DNA of 64,000 bases from Leptolyngbyaceae cyanobacterium. Its GTDB lineage: Bacteria; Cyanobacteriota; Cyanobacteriia; Cyanobacteriales; Nostocaceae. How positions within the stretch are numbered: position 1 is the stretch's first letter; each line of letters opens with the position of its first letter. Position numbers and translations under genes: made by a program. The stretch covers positions 3,298 to 67,297 of the forward strand of contig DATNQO010000120.1 in the NCBI GenBank assembly GCA_036704005.1, in the 5' to 3' direction. Positions 19,886 through 28,911 of the stretch are shown piece by piece. The notes under the pieces are model-generated. The model did no database searches and was not told the origin of the DNA. It saw only the letters and a list, made by a program, of their open reading frames with translations.

Positions 19886-20107
19886 ATGCAGAAAAAGGTT
19901 AAAGTTAAACCTAATTCCAAACAACAAAAAATTGTCGAAGAGGATGATGGTAGCCTGACAGTACACCTAAAATCCCCTCCGGTAGATGGTAAAGCTAATG
20001 AAGAGTTAATCAAGCTTTTAGCTGAAAAATTTGATGTGCCAAAATCTCATATCACAATTAAGTCTGGTTTATCTTCCAGACAAAAGTTAATTGAGATTGA
20101 CACATAA
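19886..20107 (+). CDS. DUF167/YggU-family protein
   Basis: 73 aa; V.VKPNSKQ..I......[34 protein letters not shown] matches the YggU pattern. Confidence 0.7.
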   Translation: MQKKVKVKPNSKQQKIVEEDDGSLTVHLKSPPVDGKANEELIKLLAEKFDVPKSHITIKSGLSSRQKLIEIDT

Positions 20108-20210
20108 GCAGGGGCTAGAGGCTGGAAGCTAGAGGTTAGGGGTTAGGGATTAGATTAACGCTCCCTAGTTACAAAATAGACCCTAACTCAAAAACCAACC
20201 ATACATTGCA

Positions 20211-20259
20211 ATTACCAATTACCAATTACCAATTACCAATTACCAATTACCAATTACCA
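20211..20259. repeat. STRR array (ATTACCA x7)
   Basis: Perfect heptamer array abutting and overlapping the GST stop codon. Confidence 0.9.
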
Positions 20260-20886
20260 GTCATAGCATAATTGTGGTTCATGAGTGATACTAATATATC
20301 CCGATTGAGATTTGACTCTTTCTATCCAGGCTAAAATAGCGGGAAATTGTGTTAAATCAAATCCACCTTCATCAGCGACGTGAGTGTATGCAAACAAGGC
20401 GATATCAGCAATTGTGTAACGCTCACCCACAAAAAAGCTCCGGTGTTGCAAATGATTTTCCATGACTTTGAGAGCCGCGTAACCAGGTTCACGTTTTTGT
20501 TCTAAAGCTGTGAGATATTCTTCTGGTTTACCTAAAATAGAAACCCAAAATCGCGATGTAGCAATATACGGTTCATGACTGTTTTGTTCAAAAAATAACC
20601 ATTGCATGACTTGGGCTTTTAAATAGCGATCGCTTGGTAAAAATTCTGTATATTCGCTCAAGTAAAGCAATATAGCATTTGATTCTGCTAAATACTTACC
20701 AGGGGCAATTTCTAAAACTGGTATTCTGCCGTTAGGATTTTTACTTAAAAACTCTGGACTACGGCTTTCTCCTTTTAAAATATTTACTTCTACTCGTTCA
20801 AATGGCATACCCATTTGTGTTAACAAAAGTCTCACTTTATAGCCATTACCTGAAGGTAAAAAATCGTACAAACGTAATGTTTCCAT
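20254..20886 (-). CDS. glutathione S-transferase
   Basis: 210 aa. Thioredoxin-like N-domain (NPNGRIPVLE, ESNAILLYL) plus helical C-domain. Confidence 0.8.
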   Translation of the reverse strand: METLRLYDFLPSGNGYKVRLLLTQMGMPFERVEVNILKGESRSPEFLSKNPNGRIPVLEIAPGKYLAESNAILLYLSEYTEFLPSDRYLKAQVMQWLFFEQNSHEPYIATSRFWVSILGKPEEYLTALEQKREPGYAALKVMENHLQHRSFFVGERYTIADIALFAYTHVADEGGFDLTQFPAILAWIERVKSQSGYISITHEPQLCYDW

Positions 20887-21090
20887 GTAGAAATTAAGAT
20901 AGAGAATATGTTACGAAGTTAAGGTCTAAAATACAATATCTTACAAAAGTATTCCTGATTAACAGGATAATTATCTTATTTAATTTGTATTTTTATTAAA
21001 GATATTAATTATTTGCATAAATAAAAATAAACCTGTTAATTGAGGTGAGATAGAAATGTTTTTTTTGATGCCATAGGTTAAAATAACAAT

Positions 21091-21804
21091 ATGTGTGGAA
21101 GATTTACTTTAACCCAGTCAGCAGAAGCATTAGCCGAAGTTTTTCATGTCCAGCAACGGCTGGATTTAGAGGCTCAATATAACATTGCACCTACGCAAAC
21201 TGTGGTGACACTGTTACATAAAGCCGAAACTAACAAACGAGAATTTCATAAGTTCCGATGGGGTTTAATACCCTCATGGGCGAAAGATCCGACAATATCC
21301 ACCAAGCTCATCAACGCCAGAGCCGAAACTATCGCCGAAAAACCCTCTTTTCGTTCAGCCTTCAAGCAAAGACGCTGTTTAGTAGTAGCTGATGGCTTTT
21401 ATGAATGGCAAAGACATCAGGGTAAAAAGCAGCCATTCTATTTTCGGCTACGAGATGAGCAACCCTTTGGCTTTGCAGGATTATGGGAAAAATGGACAAA
21501 TCCTGATGGGGAGGAAATTAGCTCCTGTACAATTGTCACAACAGCAGCAAACGAACTACTCCAACCCATCCACGACCGAATGCCAGTAATTCTTTCCCCC
21601 CAAGATTACGATTTGTGGTTAGATCCCCAACAGCAAAAGCCCCAAGCGTTACAACACTTATTATCCCCCTATCCAGCCTCAGAAATGACCGCCTACCCAG
21701 TCAGCACCCTAGTCAATAGCCCAAAACACAACAGCGCAGAATGTATTATCCCCCTCGACGAGCAGAATAGCTCTCTAAATCAGTTACCGAAAAATTGCGT
21801 TTAG
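21091..21804 (+). CDS. SOS-response-associated peptidase (SRAP/YedK family)
   Basis: Starts MCGRF (Cys2 nucleophile); also has WGLIPSWAK, NARAET, PFGFAGLWE and HDRMPVIL. Confidence 0.85.
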   Translation: MCGRFTLTQSAEALAEVFHVQQRLDLEAQYNIAPTQTVVTLLHKAETNKREFHKFRWGLIPSWAKDPTISTKLINARAETIAEKPSFRSAFKQRRCLVVADGFYEWQRHQGKKQPFYFRLRDEQPFGFAGLWEKWTNPDGEEISSCTIVTTAANELLQPIHDRMPVILSPQDYDLWLDPQQQKPQALQHLLSPYPASEMTAYPVSTLVNSPKHNSAECIIPLDEQNSSLNQLPKNCV

Positions 21805-22186
21805 AGCCGCCGCCCACTTCTTGAGCTTCAGTGCAGGGAGCTTCTAGGGCGGCTTTTGTGGTACTATAACCGTAGCGGTAAAGCGCACAAATTAAAAACG
21901 AAGTAGGTCAAGCGGACGACTCCTGATCCGGAAAGATAGGTAGTAGAAATCCGCGCATCTTGTACCGCCACTTGCGCGATTGCCGGGAAACCCGTCCAAC
22001 GCAGTGGCTGACAAATGTGGGAGTAAACTCAGAAATTAAAAACCTTTTCAAACGCGGTCGGGCAGTCCGTGTAAGCTTGTGGACGTATCCAAACGGGGAA
22101 ATTTGAATAATTGTATTCAGGTTTCTAGGGAGGACGGATGAAGCAAGAATCCTCAGCCGTCATGCTGAGGAGTGTCAAATTAACTA

Positions 22187-22300
22187 TTGGATTGGGGATT
22201 GGGGACTGGGGACTGGGGATTGGGGAAGATAAAGAACTCCTTACTCAGAACTCAGGATTCAGGACTCAGGACTCACGACTCACGACTCATCACTCGTTAC
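22187..22300. repeat. STRR arrays (GGATTGG/GGACTGG units, then ACTCAGG/ACTCACG units)
   Basis: Tandem heptamers upstream of ycf3. The 22187-22486 ORF is a translation of them. Confidence 0.9.
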
Positions 22301-22320
22301 CAAAACAATAGAAACACAAT

Positions 22321-22842
22321 ATGCCAAGAACGCAAAAAAACGATAATTTTATTGATAAATCCTTTACCGTCATGGCAGATATCATTCTCAAAATACTGCC
22401 AACCAACAAAAAAGCTAAAGAAGCGTTCGTTTATTACCGAGATGGGATGTCAGCCCAGGCAGAAGGTGAGTATGCCGAAGCACTAGAATATTATGAAGAA
22501 GCCCTCACCTTAGAAGAAGATACCAACGATCGCGGTTATATTCTCTACAACATGGGGCTAATTTACGCTAGCAACGGCGACCACAAAAAAGCCTTAGAAC
22601 TCTATCACCAAGCCATTGAAAATAATCCCAAGCTACCCCAAGCTTTGAACAATATAGCCGTTATTTACCACTACCAAGGCGAAAAAGCCAAAGAAGCTGG
22701 TGATAACGATGGTGGCGAAGCACTGTTTGACAAAGCCGCAGACTATTGGGTACGCGCCATTCGCATGGCTCCCAATAACTACATCGAAGCGCAAAACTGG
22801 TTAAAAACCACCGGACGGATGCAAATTGACGTATTCTTTTAG
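22321..22842 (+). CDS. ycf3: photosystem I assembly protein Ycf3 (TPR)
   Basis: 173 aa. [15 protein letters not shown]..., [25 protein letters not shown] and [10 protein letters not shown] are essentially the canonical Ycf3 sequence. Confidence 0.9.
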   Translation: MPRTQKNDNFIDKSFTVMADIILKILPTNKKAKEAFVYYRDGMSAQAEGEYAEALEYYEEALTLEEDTNDRGYILYNMGLIYASNGDHKKALELYHQAIENNPKLPQALNNIAVIYHYQGEKAKEAGDNDGGEALFDKAADYWVRAIRMAPNNYIEAQNWLKTTGRMQIDVFF

Positions 22843-22914
22843 TCATTGGTCATTAGTCATTGGTCATTAGTCATTAGCTGTTGACAACTGACCACTGACA
22901 ACTGACCACTGACC
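22841..22914. repeat. STRR arrays (AGTCATT units, then ACTGACC/ACTGACA units)
   Basis: Read directly after the ycf3 stop. Confidence 0.9.
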
Positions 22915-23020
22915 CTACGGGTACTCTCCGAGAACCCCTCCGGGGAAAGGCAGTTGCTTTAAGTCGGGAGACCCGCCCAACGCACTACCTCACAACTGAC
23001 CACTGACAACTAACAAAATT

Positions 23021-23311
23021 ATGATTGACCGCGAACAAGTTCGTAAAGTAGCTTTGCTGGCCCGTTTGGAATTGACTCCAGAAGAAGAGGAACAATTCAC
23101 TACTCAACTAGGAAGTATTTTGGATTATGTCGAACAACTAAATGAATTAGACGTTACTAATGTACCTCCCACAACCAGAGCAATTGATGTCAGCAACGTC
23201 ACCAGAAAAGATGACCTCCAACCCTACGCTGACAGGGAAGCTATTCTTAGCAGTGCGCCTGAACAAGAAGGCGAATTTTTCAAAGTACCAAAAATTCTTA
23301 ATGCTGAATAG
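23021..23311 (+). CDS. gatC: Asp-tRNA(Asn)/Glu-tRNA(Gln) amidotransferase subunit C
   Basis: 96 aa. [40 protein letters not shown] is the GatC pattern. Confidence 0.9.
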   Translation: MIDREQVRKVALLARLELTPEEEEQFTTQLGSILDYVEQLNELDVTNVPPTTRAIDVSNVTRKDDLQPYADREAILSSAPEQEGEFFKVPKILNAE

Positions 23312-23420
23312 TCATTAGTCATTAGTCATTAGTCATTATTCATTAGTTTATAGTTCAAAACCTGAATGTTTGCTTTCAACTGATAACTGATAACTGATAA
23401 CTGATAACTGATAACTGACC
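23309..23420. repeat. two STRR arrays (TAGTCAT units at 23309-23347; CTGATAA units at 23379-23420)
   Basis: Read directly. Confidence 0.9.
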
Positions 23421-23432
23421 AAGGAGTAAATT

Positions 23433-24389
23433 ATGGGTCTGGGTGTTCTCAAAAATGGTCAGTGGATACCAGAGCGGGAGCAAGAAGATTCCCAAGGTAA
23501 ATTTATCCGTCCCTCAACTACATTTCGTCACCAGATTACAGCCGATGGTTCTAGTGGATTTAAGGCTGAATCTGGGCGATATCATTTATATATTTCTTGG
23601 GCTTGTCCTTGGGCTTGTCGCACGGCAATTATGCGCCAATTGAAGGGACTAGAAAATGCTATTGGTCTATCGGTAGTAACTGCCGAAATTGATCAAAATA
23701 GTTGGGAATTTAGTGATGAACCAGGAGCTATTCCTGATACTGTCAATGGCGCTCAATACCTTTGGCAAGTTTATCTGAAAGCTGCTCCTGATTATAGTGG
23801 GCGCGTAACAGTTCCGGTTTTATGGGATAAGCAAACCCGGACTATTGTTAATAACGAATCCCGTGAAATTATCCGAATGTTGGATACAGAATTTGAGTCT
23901 TTGGCTGAAAAAGATATCAATTTTTATCCACAACATTTACAAAAGACAATTGACGAAACTATAGACGCAATTTATCAACCTATCAATAATGGTGTTTATC
24001 GTGCTGGTTTTGCCACATCTCAATCAGCCTACGATGAGGCGGTAACAGAATTATTTGCTGCTCTTGAATACTGGGAAAATATATTAGGAAAGCAGCGTTA
24101 TTTATGTGGGGAGCAAATTACCGAGGCGGACTGGTGTATGTTTACTACACTGTTTCGCTTTGATGCAGTTTATTACGTGCATTTTAAATGCAATTTACAT
24201 AGAATTGTGGACTATCCCAATCTTTGGAATTACCTGAAAGAACTTTATCAATTTCCGGGGGTGAGAGAAACCTGTAATCTTGACCATATTAAACGCCATT
24301 ATTACAGAAGCCATCCCAAGGTTAACCCCACCCGTATTGTACCGAAAGGGCCTGTGATTAATTTTGATGAGCCTCATAATCGGGGGTAG
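23433..24389 (+). CDS. glutathionyl-hydroquinone reductase (Xi-class GST, YqjG/ECM4-like)
   Basis: 318 aa. GRYHLYISWACPWACRT carries the CPWA motif of Xi-class GSTs. Confidence 0.8.
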   Translation: MGLGVLKNGQWIPEREQEDSQGKFIRPSTTFRHQITADGSSGFKAESGRYHLYISWACPWACRTAIMRQLKGLENAIGLSVVTAEIDQNSWEFSDEPGAIPDTVNGAQYLWQVYLKAAPDYSGRVTVPVLWDKQTRTIVNNESREIIRMLDTEFESLAEKDINFYPQHLQKTIDETIDAIYQPINNGVYRAGFATSQSAYDEAVTELFAALEYWENILGKQRYLCGEQITEADWCMFTTLFRFDAVYYVHFKCNLHRIVDYPNLWNYLKELYQFPGVRETCNLDHIKRHYYRSHPKVNPTRIVPKGPVINFDEPHNRG

Positions 24390-24482
24390 GAGTGGGGAGT
24401 GGGGGGAGATGAGGGAGATGAGGGAGAATAACTAATGACCAATGACTAATGACTAATGACCAATGACTAATGACTAATGATT
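24390..24482. repeat. STRR arrays (GAGTGGG/GAGATGAGG units, then AATGACT units)
   Basis: Read directly between convergent genes. Confidence 0.9.
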
Positions 24483-25270
24483 CTATCTCCTCCCCAGAGC
24501 GATCGCACTAATTTATCGGTCATCTGTTCGCCAAATAGCCGCACTGCAATTTTATTATCTGGGTCGCGTTCGGCGATCGCACGACGGATAATTAAGTCAC
24601 GTTGGGCTAAAGCTGTACGTTCTAATTCTGGTACAGGTTCAGCTTGATCAACCCAAACCAACCAACAATCTATCATCTCATGAGCTACAGAACGTAGCGT
24701 CGCAATTGTTTCCTCTGTGACTGGGCTTGTGTAACACAGGCTTGTCTGAGATTGTACCTGACGGATGTAGAGAGTTTTACTAATATATTGTTGGAAGCGT
24801 TCATCATTAGCAAATGATAAGTATCTTTCATTTGCAGGTTCATAATAGCGGTCTAAGTAATCTAAGTCTGTGAATAAATCACTGCGAGCGATATAATCTA
24901 TATAGAAAAACAAATGTGGTACGGTGGCGAAAGCAAAAGCCAAATGGGGAACGCGAATATGTGACCCTAACCAAACAGTTAAGTGCATATTGCAAAAACC
25001 TGATTGTGGTTCACGCAACCATGAATGCACTAGCCAATCAATTTCCTTACCAGAAAAAGTATTCAACGAACCATGCGCTGCGCCTACTTGAGCCGTATAG
25101 TTTTGTAAATCTTTAGTAGACGGATCTGGCTGTAGTTCAAAACGCGCGTCTATTTTTTGGCGTAGTTCTTTGGTATTATTCCATAATTGCTCAAATATTG
25201 CTGTACTATCTACACGGCTTTGCTGTTCAATCATTATTGCCAGTACCGCTTTTAAGAGTGATGTATGCAA
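24467..25270 (-). CDS. hypothetical protein, possibly bilin-reductase/RCC-reductase-like fold
   Basis: 267-aa ORF. FCNMHLTVWLGSHIRVPHLAFAFATVP loosely parallels the xMHLE...LH.V.FP core of ferredoxin-dependent bilin reductases. Tentative. Confidence 0.35.
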   Translation of the reverse strand: MHTSLLKAVLAIMIEQQSRVDSTAIFEQLWNNTKELRQKIDARFELQPDPSTKDLQNYTAQVGAAHGSLNTFSGKEIDWLVHSWLREPQSGFCNMHLTVWLGSHIRVPHLAFAFATVPHLFFYIDYIARSDLFTDLDYLDRYYEPANERYLSFANDERFQQYISKTLYIRQVQSQTSLCYTSPVTEETIATLRSVAHEMIDCWLVWVDQAEPVPELERTALAQRDLIIRRAIAERDPDNKIAVRLFGEQMTDKLVRSLWGGDRIISH

Positions 25271-25354
25271 ACAAAGTTAATTTGAATGCAAAACAGTTAC
25301 ATCTTGCTTGTGTTCGAGTTCACTTCTACCCCTATGGATACAGAAAATTGGTTG

Positions 25355-25453
25355 TTATAGCAGTCGTGTGATAGGTTAGGACACGATACAATCTTAAAAC
25401 TTTTAGTTTCAAAGGCTTTCAGCCCTGTCACCTATCACCTGTCCCCTGTATAA
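25355..25453 (+). mobile_element. MITE-like element, copy a (TIR TTATAGCAG ... CTGTATAA, degenerate right end)
   Basis: Alignable over its whole length with copies at 43228-43319 and 51909-52015, and in reverse at 46085-46184 and 52505-52611. Contains 2 CCTGTC-type heptamers. Confidence 0.6.
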
Positions 25454-25454
25454 T

Positions 25455-25796
25455 TATACTGAGAAAGCACTGTATCATGCTCAACGTAAAGCTGTACGTT
25501 TTAAGGATAGTGACTTTGTAGATTTGTATGATTTTTTGAAAGTTTTACAGAATAAATACGCTGGGGATAGTGATGAATTAACCCAGGTTATTGATGAAGT
25601 GATGAATTTAATGATTTTTGAAGTTGAACCGCAGTTAATTTTAGCAAATGTAACTTCTGGGGTAAGATTTGAGCGAGTTAAGGGATTGTCAATTTATTCT
25701 CCGGTGAGAAGTTATTCTCAGTTTTATGACAGGTCAGATTTTGCAGGTTGTGGTTGGGGAGAGTTGGTAAGAGTTTTGAACTGCACAGAAAAATAG
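25455..25796 (+). pseudogene. 3' remnant of a clostripain-like (C11) peptidase gene (tentative)
   Basis: No credible start. The frame is open back to 25407 and runs straight out of the MITE-like element. EKALYHAQRKAVRF.DSDFVDLYDFL and VKGLSIYSP resemble C-terminal motifs of C11 peptidases. Confidence 0.35.
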
Positions 25797-25834
25797 TCAA
25801 CCTATAATGTGGAATATCTTAACTATAGGGAAAA

Positions 25835-27760
25835 TTATAGATAATTATTTCCAACATGCTCATGAGAACCGAATGTTTCTAAGCTTAAAATACCAGCCGA
25901 TGATTTACAACTAACTCGTAAACTAGAATCAACACGAAAGTAATAAATATCTGCATTTGCAAATTTTGCAAATTGTAAACTTCCATTTTGCTTAAGCACT
26001 ACGGTATCTCCATCTGCTTCTGTTAGTAAATAAGATACTTTCGCTAGTGTTTCCTGTAGCTTAACTCTATCTCTATTATTACGATTATTTTGATAATCCC
26101 TTATAAAAGAGCTTGTATAAGATAAACGAGGAAAAACTAATAAATCCTTTGATAAAAAATCATTTTTGCACTTTTTCCAAATTAATGCACCCCAATTTGA
26201 TAAAATAGCATTATTATCAATCGTAAATATAAATGTTTCGGGGATACCTTCAGCTTCTCGTAAATTGATAGAGCCTGCCTCCATTAATGCAAATTTGACA
26301 GGATTGATAATTGAAGTATCAAGTTGTATAGGTATTCTAGGAATATTTATAAGCGTTGGATTTACTCCTTCAAGAACATAAAGAAGCTCATCAGCATATA
26401 ACATTCCAATTATATCCATATATGCTTGTAAGACTCTAGAACTTGCTACTAAGTTAAAAGAAATTCTGTATCCAGAATTTCTGAAGTTAGAAGCTATATC
26501 GTCTAACCAAACCAACAATTCATCTACACCATTCTTAAATCTTTCAGTGTTCGCTGTTGAAAATCCTTTTGGTATATATATATTAGCATTAAGCCCTTGA
26601 CCTCTAAGAAAATCCTGAATAATATCAGCTGTAACTCTAGATATTAGAGTATCACTAGCAATTAAAAAATGATAATCTTGTTTCCCCTGTTCTAATTTAC
26701 CTTGATACAACGCATAAATTACACTAAGTTCAATACTTGCCAACCGAACATCTCTTATACGACCTCCAAAGAGATTTGTAATTGCTCTTTCTTTAAGTTG
26801 ATCAATTATACTTTTAGCTTCTGGACTATACTCTTCAAGTTCTATATTTGTATAGTTAATACTCCGCCGCAAAATGTCGAACCAATAGCTATGGTCGTAC
26901 TTTCTATCAAGTTGATTAGTTAATAGACTTGTACCAAGAGTGGAAATAACTACTCGACGCATAGAGGTTGTTTTTATAGAATTTACTAATGTCCAATCTG
27001 GGGTTTCTGATTCAAGGGATAAATCATAAAGAATATCCTCAAATTGGTTTGTTTCTATTTGTTCTGTAATGGGGAAAATTACACTAGCACTTTCTAACAG
27101 ATTTTTCTGTTGAAGTACTTCGTCAAGTTGATCTGGACGTGTCTCGAAATTGTCTCTAGCTTCGCTTGCAATCCTGTTTACGTCAACCAACAACGGCTCG
27201 AAGCCAGCCTCAAGCAGAGGCTCTGCCAAAGTCTCCACTAAAGAAGCTAACCGCAACACTTCACCTATTTCTTCTTGCTGCACTCTTTGACTTATTGCTT
27301 GGGCTAACTCCTGCGCCACTTCATCAGGTTTGGTATACGCCAACGCTGTCCACTCCTGAGCTTCTCGCAAATCCTGTGTATCTGCGTCATCATCAGTTAA
27401 TCGCTGCGCTACATAATCTAATAAAAATTCCCCCAGTTCATCAAATCTTTCCTGCCCAAACTCCTTCTTCAATTCCCGCAACAATAAATTGCGATCGCTA
27501 ATATCCATCTCATACATCTCATAACCCACCTGACGACACAACCGCGACAGCAACACATGAGCAACCGCCACCCAAGGGGCTTGAGGAACAAAGTTTGCCC
27601 AAATTTGGTAAAGTAAATCAGGTGTCAGTACCAAAGGAAACGCCGCATGACGAGCTAAGTTGCGGTGTGCTTCCCCAAACTGCTGGGCAAACCCTTCTAC
27701 CCGTCTTTGGGCTATTCTCATCGCACGACTTTGGTTAATATCTGCCGTCACATCAGCCAT
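25835..27760 (-). CDS. three-module protein: helical N-domain (vWA-MoxR-associated by position) + CARF-like domain (APE2256/Csx1-type motifs) + RelE/ParE-like C-terminus
   Basis: 641 aa; the start overlaps the vWA stop by 13 nt. aa 267-445 hold VVISTLGTSLLTN, RLASIELS, FLIASDT and FNLVASS. aa 595-641 read FAKFANADIYYFRVDSSLRVSCKSSAGILSLETFGSHEHVGNNYL (RelE/HigB-like). Confidence 0.6.
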   Translation of the reverse strand: MADVTADINQSRAMRIAQRRVEGFAQQFGEAHRNLARHAAFPLVLTPDLLYQIWANFVPQAPWVAVAHVLLSRLCRQVGYEMYEMDISDRNLLLRELKKEFGQERFDELGEFLLDYVAQRLTDDDADTQDLREAQEWTALAYTKPDEVAQELAQAISQRVQQEEIGEVLRLASLVETLAEPLLEAGFEPLLVDVNRIASEARDNFETRPDQLDEVLQQKNLLESASVIFPITEQIETNQFEDILYDLSLESETPDWTLVNSIKTTSMRRVVISTLGTSLLTNQLDRKYDHSYWFDILRRSINYTNIELEEYSPEAKSIIDQLKERAITNLFGGRIRDVRLASIELSVIYALYQGKLEQGKQDYHFLIASDTLISRVTADIIQDFLRGQGLNANIYIPKGFSTANTERFKNGVDELLVWLDDIASNFRNSGYRISFNLVASSRVLQAYMDIIGMLYADELLYVLEGVNPTLINIPRIPIQLDTSIINPVKFALMEAGSINLREAEGIPETFIFTIDNNAILSNWGALIWKKCKNDFLSKDLLVFPRLSYTSSFIRDYQNNRNNRDRVKLQETLAKVSYLLTEADGDTVVLKQNGSLQFAKFANADIYYFRVDSSLRVSCKSSAGILSLETFGSHEHVGNNYL

Positions 27761-28911
27761 GAGTACATCACCTCCCCAGCAATATATCGACCCCGCAACA
27801 CAGTAATTGCTGCATTCATTCCCTGCGGACTCATCTCAAACATCGGCACAAAACGGGCAATTTCCTCAGCCGTAGTTTGCCGCCAGCATTCACTAGGCAT
27901 GGGATTCAACCAAGCAAAATAACGCACCGACTGCTGTAACTGCTCAATCCATACCTTAGTATTATCAACCCGTTCTGGGTCAAAATTCCCCCGTGCTGCT
28001 CCGGCATCGCTAATAATTAATACAGCCGCCCTTTCGCCTATTTCCGCCAAGACTTCAGAAACAGCCTTCGCCTCAAGCATCGCTGGATGTCGATATAAGT
28101 ATTCATCCGGGTAGTCATGAAAATAAAATACATTGGTTGTTCTCAACCGTCCTCCCCGTTGTGCCGTTTCCACCAACTGCCGCGATAAATCGTGAAACGG
28201 AACCATTGAGCCTTCCTGGTCAATTAGTAGCACCAAATCCGTGCGATTTGTACGCGGTGGCATCATCACAGGTTGCAGTAAAATACCCTCACGCCCAATT
28301 TTCGCCACCGTCGCTTCCACATCTAATTCTGTAGGTACTCCTTGGCGCACCGGACGACGCAGATAACGCCAGCATTGCTTCATTTGTCGCTTAGTCACAG
28401 GGAAATATTCTGTCAACAGCATATAACGAGGGCGTTTGAGTTCCCTATCCCTGCGAATACTCCGCACCGCTTGGACAGCTTGCACTGGTTCTGGTGTAAT
28501 AGTGGGAGTTGTTTCTAAATTAGATATTACTTCATCATCAAGAGGAAATTCTTCAGATGTAGCTGTTTCAATTGAGGTTGATTCATCATTTTCTGGTGTA
28601 AATGATTCTGAAATTAAAGTTGAAGTGTCATTACTGGATGTAGGTTCATGCAAAGATTCTGGAGAATTTACAGGGTGTAATTCGATTTGTTTCCACATCT
28701 CCCCAAATAAGCGTTGAATCAGGCGATTTTCTTCTTCAGATTTTGCCCACAACATACAACAAAGCTGCTCTAATTCCAGGCGACTATTAACACCAAACCC
28801 GGCTTTGAAACTACGCACAACCACTAAATATTCTTCAACCCCCAACGGCAAACCATGTCTCTGTCGCAGGCTGTTAAAAATATCTAGCAGTGATAGTTCT
28901 TCAAGTTTCAT
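27748..28911 (-). CDS. vWA-domain protein, CoxE-like
   Basis: 387 aa. Helical N-domain, S/T/E/P-rich linker, WRYLRRPVRQGVPTELDVEATV, and MIDAS-position LLIDQEGSM. Overlaps both neighbours. Confidence 0.7.
   Translation of the reverse strand: MKLEELSLLDIFNSLRQRHGLPLGVEEYLVVVRSFKAGFGVNSRLELEQLCCMLWAKSEEENRLIQRLFGEMWKQIELHPVNSPESLHEPTSSNDTSTLISESFTPENDESTSIETATSEEFPLDDEVISNLETTPTITPEPVQAVQAVRSIRRDRELKRPRYMLLTEYFPVTKRQMKQCWRYLRRPVRQGVPTELDVEATVAKIGREGILLQPVMMPPRTNRTDLVLLIDQEGSMVPFHDLSRQLVETAQRGGRLRTTNVFYFHDYPDEYLYRHPAMLEAKAVSEVLAEIGERAAVLIISDAGAARGNFDPERVDNTKVWIEQLQQSVRYFAWLNPMPSECWRQTTAEEIARFVPMFEMSPQGMNAAITVLRGRYIAGEVMYSWLM

Noticed and set aside
22187-22486. 99-aa ORF upstream of and overlapping ycf3
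   Set aside because: Its N-terminal half (MDWGLGTGDWGLGK...RTQDSGLRTHDSRL) is a literal translation of STRR heptamers, and its 3' part overlaps the genuine ycf3 frame.
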